Source: Anaeramoeba ignava BMAN (Eukaryota > Protista > Anaeramoebae). From it: DNA of 64,000 nucleotides. Below the pieces are notes generated by a model. That model did not search any database. It worked only from the letters and a program-made list of their open reading frames with translations, and was not told the origin of the DNA. The position numbers and the translations under genes were made by a program. Each line of letters opens with the position of its first letter. Position 1 is the stretch's first letter. Shown piece by piece: positions 38,315-48,108 of the stretch. The DNA lies in NCBI GenBank assembly GCA_028826165.1, contig JAPDFW010000077.1, forward strand, positions 1 to 64,000, in the 5' to 3' direction.

Positions 38315-38893
38315 AATCAAAATTAAAATCAAAATTAAAATCAAAATTAAAATTAAAATTAAAATTAAAATTAAAATCAAAACTAAAATTAATATTAAAA
38401 TTTAAAATTAAAATTAAAATTAAAATTAAAATTAAAATTAAAATTAAAATAAAATTAAATTTAAAATTAAAATTAAAATCAAAATTAAAATTAAAATTAA
38501 AATTAAAATTAAAATTAAAATTAAAATTAAAAATTAAAATTAAAATTAAAATTAAAATTAAAATTAAAATCAAAATTAAAATTAAAATTCAAATTAAAAT
38601 TAAAATCTAAATTCAAATCTAAATCAAATTCAAAATTAAAATTAAAATTAAAATTAAAATTAAATTTAAAATTAAAATTAAAATTAAAATCAAAAAAAAT
38701 TAAAATTCAAATTAAAATTAAAATTAAAATTAAAATTAAAATTAAAATTAAAATTAAAATTAAAATTAAAATTAAAATCAAAATTAAAATTAAAATTAAA
38801 ATTAAAATTAAAATTCAAAATCAAAAAAGATTTTTTCTATTTTTTTAATGATTTGAGTTTTTGGAATTAAATTTATGAAAATATTTTATTCTA

Positions 38894-40279
38894 TTATAAT
38901 AATTTAAATTTATCACAATTTAAAATATGAGATTTAATTTCAGGAATTTTGTTAAAAAAGCTTTTACAACCAGGACATTGCAAAGGTGTTTTTAAATAAT
39001 TTTCAAATTGATTACCATCTGCAACAAATTTTTCATTTTTTTGAATTATCTCAATAACATTTGGGATTGAAATTAAAAAAGGAGTTGTAAAAGAATTCCA
39101 ATGTCTAATCTTTCTTAATCCTCTTCCTTGTAGATCTTTAGATAAAATATGTAAATGTAATAAAGGAACTGAAGGAATAGAATGAAATCCAATTTTAAAA
39201 CTGTTTTTATTAAGATTAAAAAGTTCATTTTTTGAATTTTTTGAATTTTTTAAATCAATTTTTGAATTAATTTTTAAATCATTTTCTGAATCATTTTTTA
39301 AATCATTTTCTAAATCATTTTTTGAATTATTTTCTGAATCATTTTCTAAATTATTTTTTGAATTATTTTTTAAATCATTTTCTAAATCATTTTTTAAATC
39401 ATTTTCTGAATCATTTTTTAAATCAATTTCTGAATTAATTTTTAATTCATTTTTTGAATTTTTTAAATTTTTTGAATTGATTTTTAAATCATTTTCTAAA
39501 TCATTTTTTAAATTATTTTTTAAATCATTTTCTGAATCATTTTTTAAATCATTTTTTGAATTATTTTCTGAATCAATTTTTAAATCAATTTTTAAATCAT
39601 TTTTTGAATTAATTTTTGAATCAATTTTTAAATCATTTTCTGAATCATTTTCTGAATCAATTTTTGAATTAATTTCTAAATTATTTTTTGAATCAATTTT
39701 TAAATCATTTTCTGAATCAATTTTTGAATTAATTTTTAAATCAATTTCTGAATCAATTTTTAAATCAATTTCTGAATTAATTTTTAAATCATTTTTTGAA
39801 TCAATTTTTAAATCATTTTTTGAATTATTTTCTAAATCATTTTCTGAATTAATTTTTGAATCAATTTTTAAATCATTTTCTGAATCAATTTTTGAATTAA
39901 TTTTTAAATCATTTTCTGAATTAATTTTTAAATCATTTTCTGAATTAATTTTTAAATCATTTTCTGAATTAATTTTTGAATTTTTTGAATTTTTTGAATT
40001 TTCTAAAATCTTTTCAATTATTTCTCCACTTTTTTTATCCATTTTTTCAAGCAATGGAAGATGTTCTTTTGTTAAATTCCAAACTGAATCAACTTTTTGT
40101 TTTCTTGGTAAAATTAAAAAATGATAATTTGCTTTTGGAAATTTATCATAAATAACAACAAAATCTTCACTTAAATCAAATATTTGATTTTGAAAATATT
40201 CAGGATTTTCAGTAATAAAATCAAACAATCGAAAATCTTTTTTTAATGCAAATTTTCTTTCTAATTTTTTTGGAATCAT
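38894..40279 (-). CDS. APTX: Aprataxin/Hnt3 (HIT domain plus zinc finger) with about 260-aa low-complexity insert
   Basis: YDKFPKANYHFLILPR; IGFHSIPSVPLLHLHILSKD; KIRHWNSFTTPF; LQCPGC...HILNC. Confidence 0.88.
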   Translation of the reverse strand: MIPKKLERKFALKKDFRLFDFITENPEYFQNQIFDLSEDFVVIYDKFPKANYHFLILPRKQKVDSVWNLTKEHLPLLEKMDKKSGEIIEKILENSKNSKNSKINSENDLKINSENDLKINSENDLKINSKIDSENDLKIDSKINSENDLENNSKNDLKIDSKNDLKINSEIDLKIDSEIDLKINSKIDSENDLKIDSKNNLEINSKIDSENDSENDLKIDSKINSKNDLKIDLKIDSENNSKNDLKNDSENDLKNNLKNDLENDLKINSKNLKNSKNELKINSEIDLKNDSENDLKNDLENDLKNNSKNNLENDSENNSKNDLENDLKNDSENDLKINSKIDLKNSKNSKNELFNLNKNSFKIGFHSIPSVPLLHLHILSKDLQGRGLRKIRHWNSFTTPFLISIPNVIEIIQKNEKFVADGNQFENYLKTPLQCPGCKSFFNKIPEIKSHILNCDKFKLL

Positions 40280-40376
40280 TTTATTATTAATTTTAAAAAA
40301 AAAAAAGAGAAAAAAAATGAAAAATTAAATTTTGAAAAAAAAATCATTTTTTATTTTTTTATTTTTTATTTTAAAA

Positions 40377-41387
40377 ATGAATAAAAATAAATTTAGATTA
40401 AAACCGTTAATAATTCAAAATAAATTTCAAAATAAAACAAAATTAGATAAAAAATATCAATCAAATTTTAAAAAGGAATCAGATTCAAAATCCAAAAAAA
40501 ATAGAAGAAGTATCACAACAATTAATTCTTCTTTAAAAAATCAAAATCAATCCAAAAATCAACAAAAAAACAATTCAAGAAAATTACATTCAATTCTGAA
40601 TAAAAATGGAAACAAGAAAACCTTCCCAAAACTTACTATCAAAAAAATAAGTGGGACAGAATTGAAGAAATCTTATCCCAAAACTTTAAAAATTATGAAA
40701 AATCCTCGATTAATTAATCACAATATAAAATTTAAATCTTCTCAAAATAAAAATGAAAAAAATAGCAATAATAATCAAGAAAATAGTAAAAATTCCCAAA
40801 AAGTTGAGGAGGAAATTAAAACAAGGGAATCAAAAATACTTCAATTAGAATTTAAAACAGAATATCTTTTATTCAAAATTAAAGAAAAGATCAAAGAAAA
40901 TTCCGATTTAAAACAACAAAATTTACTTCTTCAAAAAAAAATCAGAAATCAATCTCAAGTTAACAATACAAATCAGAAAGATTCTCTCAATCAAAAATTT
41001 CTTAATATGGATGCAAACAAATCTATTCAATTTTCCAACATCAATGAGCAAGAAAATGAAAATCCAAAAATTCAAAATCAAATGATCAATTTAAAATCCA
41101 AAAATTTGAATATAAATCAATTATCATTCCAAGATGGAAGTGATCCAAAAAACTTTTTAAATGAAAATCCACAATTAAAAAGAATAAGAAATACAATTGT
41201 ATCAATCAATGATATTTTAAGAAAGAAAATTACAAAATATGAGTTAGAAATTCAAGATTTAAATCATAAAATTAATGATTACGAAAAAGATCAAAAAGAA
41301 TATTGGAAAATTTTTGGACAACTACAGAATGAAAAAAAGAAAAATGTTGAATTACAAAAAGAGATTGAATTATTGAAAAAGAAATGA
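40377..41387 (+). CDS. Basic N-terminus plus coiled-coil protein of unknown function
   Basis: Open frame from the ATG at 40377; heptad-like segments EEEIKTRESKILQLEFK and ITKYELEIQDLNHKINDYE. Confidence 0.7.
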   Translation: MNKNKFRLKPLIIQNKFQNKTKLDKKYQSNFKKESDSKSKKNRRSITTINSSLKNQNQSKNQQKNNSRKLHSILNKNGNKKTFPKLTIKKISGTELKKSYPKTLKIMKNPRLINHNIKFKSSQNKNEKNSNNNQENSKNSQKVEEEIKTRESKILQLEFKTEYLLFKIKEKIKENSDLKQQNLLLQKKIRNQSQVNNTNQKDSLNQKFLNMDANKSIQFSNINEQENENPKIQNQMINLKSKNLNINQLSFQDGSDPKNFLNENPQLKRIRNTIVSINDILRKKITKYELEIQDLNHKINDYEKDQKEYWKIFGQLQNEKKKNVELQKEIELLKKK

Positions 41388-41534
41388 AACAATTATTTTT
41401 TTTTTAAAAAATTCAAATTGAAAATTAAAATCAAAATCAAAATTAAATTTGGATTGTTTTATTAAATTCGTTCCAAAAAAAAAAAAAAAATGAAATGAAA
41501 TGTTTTTCCGTTGTTTTTGATTTGGATTCAAAGA

Positions 41535-42461
41535 TTAAATCTGATAATAATAGTCACCAAACATGCAATCAATATTTCCATCCCAAAGTAAATGGGATCC
41601 TTGAAGTTCAAAAAGAATAGAAGGATCGATATCATGAGAATTTCTTGGATTAGAGTTAATAAACTCAGAAAGATAATAAGCGAACAATTTTGCGTCTGAA
41701 GAATGAGGATAATTCTCAGAATCACAGAACAAAGATAAAGCGGCTTCTGGATGAAATTGCACTCCAAAAAATGGATATTTCTTTGCCTCAATTGAGCTGA
41801 CAAAAGAACGACCGTTGATGTCTTTTGTGGTCGATAAAATGTTATAGAAATCATACAGATTCGACAAGGAGTTGAAGCGATCTGGGGTGATTCCCCAATG
41901 GTGATCGTTATACGTGAGATTAAAACGTGTCAAGTTGTAAAATAGTGTATCAGGTACTTTTGAGTATAAATTGGAGTCTCTTGCAAATTGCGTGAATATC
42001 AGTTCGAGATTCACGTTGACGGAATCGAATCCATTGGTGATTGTGCTTGGATCGTTGTTTGTTAAGCATAGAAGAAGCTCAAATCCCATGCAAGTTCCCC
42101 AAAGTAAAAATGGATGATTATTATCATTGAGTTGTATAGCGTTGTTATAAATTAATTTGGCAGCCTCGATCCATGTCGAATTAAAGGGGAAGAAGTCCTG
42201 GCTTCCTCCTGTAAACAGAATCCCGTCAATGCTCTTCATAATATCGAGAATTTCTTCATGACTAGCGTTGAAGTGAATCGGAAGTGCTCGTCCTCCTGAG
42301 GCTTGGATGAAGTTAATGTATGACCAAGGCACAAACGATTCATCTCCACTGGATGTTGGTTGAGTGAATACTCCAATGATAAAGGGTCTTTTGTCATCTT
42401 GGGAATGAATCAAATGAAAAAATAAAAAGATGAAAATTAAATGAATAAAAGAAAAATTCAT
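41535..42461 (-). CDS. GGH: Gamma-glutamyl hydrolase (peptidase C26), secreted/lysosomal
   Basis: Signal peptide; RPFIIGV; DGILFTGG; catalytic WGTCMGFE; GVQFHPE. Confidence 0.92.
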   Translation of the reverse strand: MNFSFIHLIFIFLFFHLIHSQDDKRPFIIGVFTQPTSSGDESFVPWSYINFIQASGGRALPIHFNASHEEILDIMKSIDGILFTGGSQDFFPFNSTWIEAAKLIYNNAIQLNDNNHPFLLWGTCMGFELLLCLTNNDPSTITNGFDSVNVNLELIFTQFARDSNLYSKVPDTLFYNLTRFNLTYNDHHWGITPDRFNSLSNLYDFYNILSTTKDINGRSFVSSIEAKKYPFFGVQFHPEAALSLFCDSENYPHSSDAKLFAYYLSEFINSNPRNSHDIDPSILFELQGSHLLWDGNIDCMFGDYYYQI

Positions 42462-42599
42462 TTTAAAATTTTTTTATAAAAGAAAAAGAAAAAGAAAAAG
42501 AAAAAATGAATTTGTTTTTTGTTTTTTGTTTTTTGTTTTTTGGAAAAGTTAAAAATTTATTTCTTATTCAATTTAAAAAAAAAATATTCATATTCATAT

Positions 42600-45560
42600 T
42601 TAAAATCCAGAATAACTAAATCCATATATTTTTTGCAATTCATCTAATTCAAAATCTTTTAACAAATTTGAATCAATTTTATCTGAATATAAAAAACGAA
42701 TAAAGGCTTCAATTTGCAAATAAGATTTTCCCGATAAATCAGAAATTGAATTTGGATCATTTTGTGAATCTTGATTTAGAATAAGTTTTCTAAAATAAGA
42801 ACAACGGGAAATCAAGATTATTTTATGAGCAAAAATTTTTTGATTTGAAGTTAAAATTGAAAAATCCTTTTCAGATTGGTCATTAAACATTTCTGACAGA
42901 TCCTTTCTAAGGCTTATTGATCCTCTTTTGAGCCACCAATTCGGAAATCTAATTTTATTTGCTATGCGGGAAATTATCTGGGCTTTTGCAATGTATTTAT
43001 CGTTTTCCTTATCGCATAGAAGACCCGAATAAACGAATTTGAGGAAGTGAATCATGTCACTTTTTTTTTGGAGTCTTCCAACACGAATAAGATTGCGAAG
43101 ACAATTATTTTGTTTTCCTATTCTTGCTTTGAGGATTGATTTATGGAGTGGAATGGTACCGTCCTTGCACTGGAACTCGAAATCACTAAGAACAGGGTTT
43201 ACAAATAGGGAATTCAATGCGAAATTTAAAGAAAGTGATTGCATAAAAATTTTGTTTCCGAGATCATCGCTTTGGACAATATAATCAATAGGCTTTCTGT
43301 TTGTACGGTCGAGAAGAAGAAAGTTTGGACCGTAGGAAAGAAGAATTTGGATCAGATTATGGGAAGAACTAAAGCAAGCAATGTGCAAAGGTGTGTGAAG
43401 CAGTGTTTTTGTTTGTTGGTTGATATCCGCACCGTGATCTAGCAAACCCTTTATGAGAACCCCAAACACACGCATGTTCTGGTGGTATTTCATGCATATT
43501 TCATGTAGTGCCGTGTTTCCTTGGTTGTTTGTAATGCTTGTGTCCGGTTTTAAGCTGAGAAAAAATTTCAATGTTTCCAAATCGCAATTCTCATTCGTAC
43601 AAAGTAAATGGAGACTTGTATTCCCACACTCGTTCTGCTTGTTGATGTCTGCATATGTTTTTGTTAACATCCCAAGAACTGAAATCTTGCAGTTCATGTT
43701 CTCACATGCGCAATGCAATGGCGTGTTTCCGCATGAGTTGACGGCATTTGGATCCTCACCGGAAAAGATCAGTAACTGAACAATTTCGGGAATCAGTTCA
43801 AAACTCATGCAAGCAAAATGTAGGAGTGTATTTCTCTGTGCGGATCGTTGCGAATCGGGAAAGGAAAGCGGATAAAGAATCAATTTTTTGAGTTGATCCT
43901 GAAATTTCCCATTTTTCCTCCACTCATTTTGTTTCGCATTTAAATCAACTGGATCCAAAAGATCCGTTCTTGTATCTTTCATGTTCTTCACGCGTTGATT
44001 CCCGTGAATGATCAGAAGATCCACAATGTTGTTCATTAACTTGGGGTTTTTGCACGCAATTTGAATTGGTGTCATTTCATCACTGTTTTTTTGGAACAGA
44101 TCAGCTCCTGATTCAACAAGACACTTTACACAAGAATAATCAATGTGTGAATTTGCGCACGCCATGTGGAGCGGAGTTTCTTTATATTTGTTCAATGTTT
44201 GAACGGTTGCATTATGCGCAAGAAAAAGCGAAATGATCTCTAGATTTACAGTTGAGTTCTCACAAATGAGATGAAATGCTGTGTCTTTTGAGATTCTTTT
44301 TTGCATGTTTGGATCAGCGCCTGATTCGAGGAGAACTCTAAGTTTTGAAATATCCAGCGGAGTTTGTTCGCAGAGTAAATGCAGAGGTGTGAGTGAGTAA
44401 TATTTGTTGGATGCATTCGGATCTGCGCCTAGCTTTAATAACTTTTTCAGTGTCTTTTCTGTTGTTGTTTTCTTTCTGCATACAAAATGTAGAATCGTTT
44501 CTTCAAGTAAATTCTTTTGGTTTATTTCTTCTTTCCATTTGTAATTTTCCCCAAATTTTTCAAATGAAATTTTGTTTTTTTCAATTAGTTTTTGTAAATA
44601 ATTATCCATTTCTTTTTCCGTTTGACTTTTGTCTTCGTTGCTTGATGAGTCTTCTTCTTGTTGTTCAAATTTTTTGTTATGGAAAGTAATTAAATTTTTA
44701 TTTGAATTTTTAATTGGATTTTTAATTGAATTTTTAATTGAATTTTTAATTGAATTTTTATTTGAATTTTTAATTGAATTTTTAATTGGATTTTTAATTG
44801 AATTTTTAATTGAATTTTTAATTGAATTTTTATTTGGATTTTTAATTGAATTTGAATTTGAATTTGAATTTTTAATTGAATTTGAATTTGATTTTGAATT
44901 TGAATTTAAATCTGAATTTGAATCTAAAGTTGAATTTGAATTTGAATTTGAATTTAAATCTGGATTTTTAATTGAATTTGAATCTAAATTTGAATTTGAA
45001 TTTGAATTTTTATTTGGATTTTTAATTGAATTTGAATTTGAATTTGAATCTAAATTTGAATTTGAATTTGAATTTGAATTTGAATTTAAATCTGGATTTT
45101 TAATTGAATTTGAATCTAAATTTGGATTTGAATTTGAATTTTTATTTGAATTTTTAATTGAATTTGAATTTGAATTTGAATTTGAATTTTTAATTGAATT
45201 TGAATTTGAATTTGAATCTAAAGTTGAATTTGAATTTGAATTTGAATTTGAATCTTTAATTGAATTTGAATTTGAATTTGAATTTGAATCTAAAGTTGAA
45301 TTTGGATTTGAATTTGAATTTGAATTTAAATCTGGATTTTTAATTGAATTTGAATCTAAATTTGAATTTGAATTTGAATTTTTATTTGGATTTTTAATTG
45401 AATTTTTAATTGAATTTAAAGTTGAATTTGTATTTAAAGTTGAATTTGAATTTTTTTCTGTATTCGTTGTTTTTAATGTGTAAAATTTTGGTTTAATAAG
45501 TAAAAATTCATTTGGTTTTTGGATTGATTCAAAATGAATATTTCTAGACATTTTTAACAT
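42600..45560 (-). CDS. Ankyrin-repeat plus tandem BTB protein with N-terminal Asn/Ser low-complexity region
   Basis: TPLHLLC, TPLHMAC and TALHEIC repeats; BTB motifs SDFEF...IPLHKSILKAR and KDFSI...IFAHKIILISRCSYF. Confidence 0.9.
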   Translation of the reverse strand: MLKMSRNIHFESIQKPNEFLLIKPKFYTLKTTNTEKNSNSTLNTNSTLNSIKNSIKNPNKNSNSNSNLDSNSIKNPDLNSNSNSNPNSTLDSNSNSNSNSIKDSNSNSNSNSTLDSNSNSNSIKNSNSNSNSNSIKNSNKNSNSNPNLDSNSIKNPDLNSNSNSNSNSNLDSNSNSNSIKNPNKNSNSNSNLDSNSIKNPDLNSNSNSNSTLDSNSDLNSNSKSNSNSIKNSNSNSNSIKNPNKNSIKNSIKNSIKNPIKNSIKNSNKNSIKNSIKNSIKNPIKNSNKNLITFHNKKFEQQEEDSSSNEDKSQTEKEMDNYLQKLIEKNKISFEKFGENYKWKEEINQKNLLEETILHFVCRKKTTTEKTLKKLLKLGADPNASNKYYSLTPLHLLCEQTPLDISKLRVLLESGADPNMQKRISKDTAFHLICENSTVNLEIISLFLAHNATVQTLNKYKETPLHMACANSHIDYSCVKCLVESGADLFQKNSDEMTPIQIACKNPKLMNNIVDLLIIHGNQRVKNMKDTRTDLLDPVDLNAKQNEWRKNGKFQDQLKKLILYPLSFPDSQRSAQRNTLLHFACMSFELIPEIVQLLIFSGEDPNAVNSCGNTPLHCACENMNCKISVLGMLTKTYADINKQNECGNTSLHLLCTNENCDLETLKFFLSLKPDTSITNNQGNTALHEICMKYHQNMRVFGVLIKGLLDHGADINQQTKTLLHTPLHIACFSSSHNLIQILLSYGPNFLLLDRTNRKPIDYIVQSDDLGNKIFMQSLSLNFALNSLFVNPVLSDFEFQCKDGTIPLHKSILKARIGKQNNCLRNLIRVGRLQKKSDMIHFLKFVYSGLLCDKENDKYIAKAQIISRIANKIRFPNWWLKRGSISLRKDLSEMFNDQSEKDFSILTSNQKIFAHKIILISRCSYFRKLILNQDSQNDPNSISDLSGKSYLQIEAFIRFLYSDKIDSNLLKDFELDELQKIYGFSYSGF

Positions 45561-45810
45561 TTAAATAATAATAAAATTGAAAATTGAAAAGTGAAAAAAG
45601 AAAAAGAAAAAAGAAAAAGAAAAAAAATTTTTTTTTCTTATTAAAAAATTAAAAGAAAAAATTTAATTAAAAAAAGAAAATTTTTTGTTTTATTTATTTT
45701 TTTTTTTTATTTGATCTTATTAAAAAATTTTAATTTAAATTTATTAATTAAATTATTTTCAAATTTAGTTAAATTTTATTTAATCTTTTTTTTTTAAAAA
45801 AAAAAAAACT

Positions 45811-47877
45811 TTAATCCAAATTATTAGAAGAAGAAAATGTTGATTCGGTTTGAGAAGAAAGTGAAGAAATTAAATTTTCTTGTAACCAAATAGTCATATC
45901 AATCCCAATTCTTTTTGCTCTTTTTTTCATCTTGTTCAAAATAAGTGGATCAAGTTCACCAATTTCTCTCACATTAATCATTTGAATTTTTAAACATTTT
46001 TTAGTAACTTCATCAACTCCCTTCGTTGTAAAACCACGACAACCACGACAATCTATCCACTCAAGTGGAGACGCGCAATTCGAGAGAGAAAATAATCCTT
46101 CATCAGTTAAACTCTCGCAATAAGAAATATTCAAAAAACGAAGATTTCGGGAAAATTTTTGGATCGAATTCAGAACTTCATCTTCAATTTGAGTTTCACT
46201 TAAAGCAACTGCAACAACACGATTGCAATTCTCAAATAAACAACTAACCCCCTTCGTCCCTATTTTCCTGCATCCATCCGCATCAAAAACAACAATCTTA
46301 GGAGACTTCGCTGCAAAAGCAGAAACCCCAACATCCGTGACATCACATCCCGCAACGGAAATCGCCTCAAGATTCCAGAAATTTTCCGACAGCTTGATCA
46401 GTGTTTGATCTGTTATACTTGTGCAACACTCGAAATCAAGCTCGCGAATGTTTGATTGAAACCCCTTTCTCGTCTCGAAATCAAGAAAAAACTTCATTCC
46501 TTCATCCGAAATTTTGGATGAAGAAATCCTCAACCTCTCCAAATGGGAAAATATTTCCGAATCTTCATCCTCAAGAAACTTAAAAATTTCATCCGTTAAA
46601 TCCTCATTCTCATTCATGTTTAGAATACAAAGATCCGGGATATTCGACACTAACAACGATATTCCTTCTTGAGAAATTTCCGATACTGATTGCACCGATA
46701 ATTTCCGCAAATTCGTGTTTTTCTCAGAAAGAAACGCAAGTGTCGAGTCTGTGATATCGCATTCATCAAGAATTATTGTTTCCAACGCATTCATCGGTTG
46801 GATCATATGATGCAATATTTCATCGTCTATTTCTGTGTGGTTGGAAAGATCCAAAAATGTCAAATTTTTGCAAAAAAGCCCAAAATTCTGAGCAAGTTCG
46901 ATCAAATAAGAATCCCCTTCAGATTCTTGTTCAGTGTCCATTTCATTTGATTCTGTCGAAACAATCTCCATTGCTTCGTTAAAATTGCGGTTCAGCTTTG
47001 GATTTCCAATTTGACGCTTTTTGGCTTGATTTTTCTCTCTCTTTTTTTCTTTATTATCCTTTTCTTTTTCTTCAAATGAAGATTCATAAGAATTTTCTTG
47101 ATGAGGATTTTTGAACTGAAATTTTTGGGTATTCCCAATATTTAAATAGCGCAAATTCACGCAATTTGTCAGATACAATAATATCTGTTCTGTAATTAAG
47201 TAGCAACTATTTAAAGAAAGCTTCTTCAATCTTTTGTTGCAATGCCTGCATATCTGTTTCACACCTGAATCTGTTAACAAAAAACAATCATCCAAAAAAA
47301 TATTTTCCAAAAAAGACAAATTTTTCGCAATCAAATCAACACTATCATCATCCAAATTAAAAGAGGATTCCAAATGGAGAGTGTGGATATTGTGAAAGTA
47401 AATCAACTTGCGATAAGTCCATTTGGTCGTGATATCGTCCAAAAAAGAAATATTCAATTCTTTCAATGATTGCGTAGAAAATGTCAAAAAATTCAATATA
47501 CTAAATTCATTAATATTAACACAACACTTCAAATTTAAACTTGAAATTGATTTCCCCCATTTTTTCACACTGAATAACACATTTGGGTTGCAATCAAATT
47601 GAATCGGATATTTATCAAAATCTCGAAAAATTGGGAACATTTCAGCTTTTGGTTCCTTTGCTGAAAAATCTATTCTTTTCCACAATTTAGGTGAATGTAA
47701 ACAATGATACCATCTTTTGCAAGTTAATCCTGCTTGAATTTTCTCTCTTATATTTAAATAAATAAAAATTTCATTCAATATTTCATTTGATAAAACTGAC
47801 GTGATTTCTTCACATTGTGTTTGTCTTGTTATTCGTTTATGTCTTGTTCTTCTTCTTTTTTGAATATTTGTATTCAT
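45811..47877 (-). CDS. F-box/leucine-rich-repeat protein (FBXL-like)
   Basis: LSNEILNEIFIYL...TCKRWY...LWKRIDF F-box; cysteine-containing LRRs (LTDSGV, ITDQTL, VTDVGV, LTDEGL). Confidence 0.92.
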   Translation of the reverse strand: MNTNIQKRRRTRHKRITRQTQCEEITSVLSNEILNEIFIYLNIREKIQAGLTCKRWYHCLHSPKLWKRIDFSAKEPKAEMFPIFRDFDKYPIQFDCNPNVLFSVKKWGKSISSLNLKCCVNINEFSILNFLTFSTQSLKELNISFLDDITTKWTYRKLIYFHNIHTLHLESSFNLDDDSVDLIAKNLSFLENIFLDDCFLLTDSGVKQICRHCNKRLKKLSLNSCYLITEQILLYLTNCVNLRYLNIGNTQKFQFKNPHQENSYESSFEEKEKDNKEKKREKNQAKKRQIGNPKLNRNFNEAMEIVSTESNEMDTEQESEGDSYLIELAQNFGLFCKNLTFLDLSNHTEIDDEILHHMIQPMNALETIILDECDITDSTLAFLSEKNTNLRKLSVQSVSEISQEGISLLVSNIPDLCILNMNENEDLTDEIFKFLEDEDSEIFSHLERLRISSSKISDEGMKFFLDFETRKGFQSNIRELDFECCTSITDQTLIKLSENFWNLEAISVAGCDVTDVGVSAFAAKSPKIVVFDADGCRKIGTKGVSCLFENCNRVVAVALSETQIEDEVLNSIQKFSRNLRFLNISYCESLTDEGLFSLSNCASPLEWIDCRGCRGFTTKGVDEVTKKCLKIQMINVREIGELDPLILNKMKKRAKRIGIDMTIWLQENLISSLSSQTESTFSSSNNLD

Positions 47878-48108
47878 TTTATTTTAAAACTAAAAAAAAA
47901 AATGAAAAAAAATCTTTTAAAAAAAAAATATTTTATTTTTTTTCTTTTAACATGAAATGAAAATCTAAATCAAAATCAGAATTAAAATTAAAATTTTTTT
48001 TTTCATTCCACTTTTTTTTTTTTTAAGGTTTAATTGTTCTGTTTTTTTTTTCTTGAATTAAAAATTTAAATTCAAGAAAAAAAAAAAAATTTTAAAAATT
48101 TTAATTTG

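Noticed and set aside
39200-40010. Intein or self-splicing insert in aprataxin
   Set aside because: No Hint motifs (N-terminal C/S block, terminal HN); the insert is purely low-complexity.
41535-42461. Horizontal transfer of GGH because of higher GC and no introns
   Set aside because: Eukaryote-type signal peptide and motifs; similar GC elevation occurs in clearly native exons.
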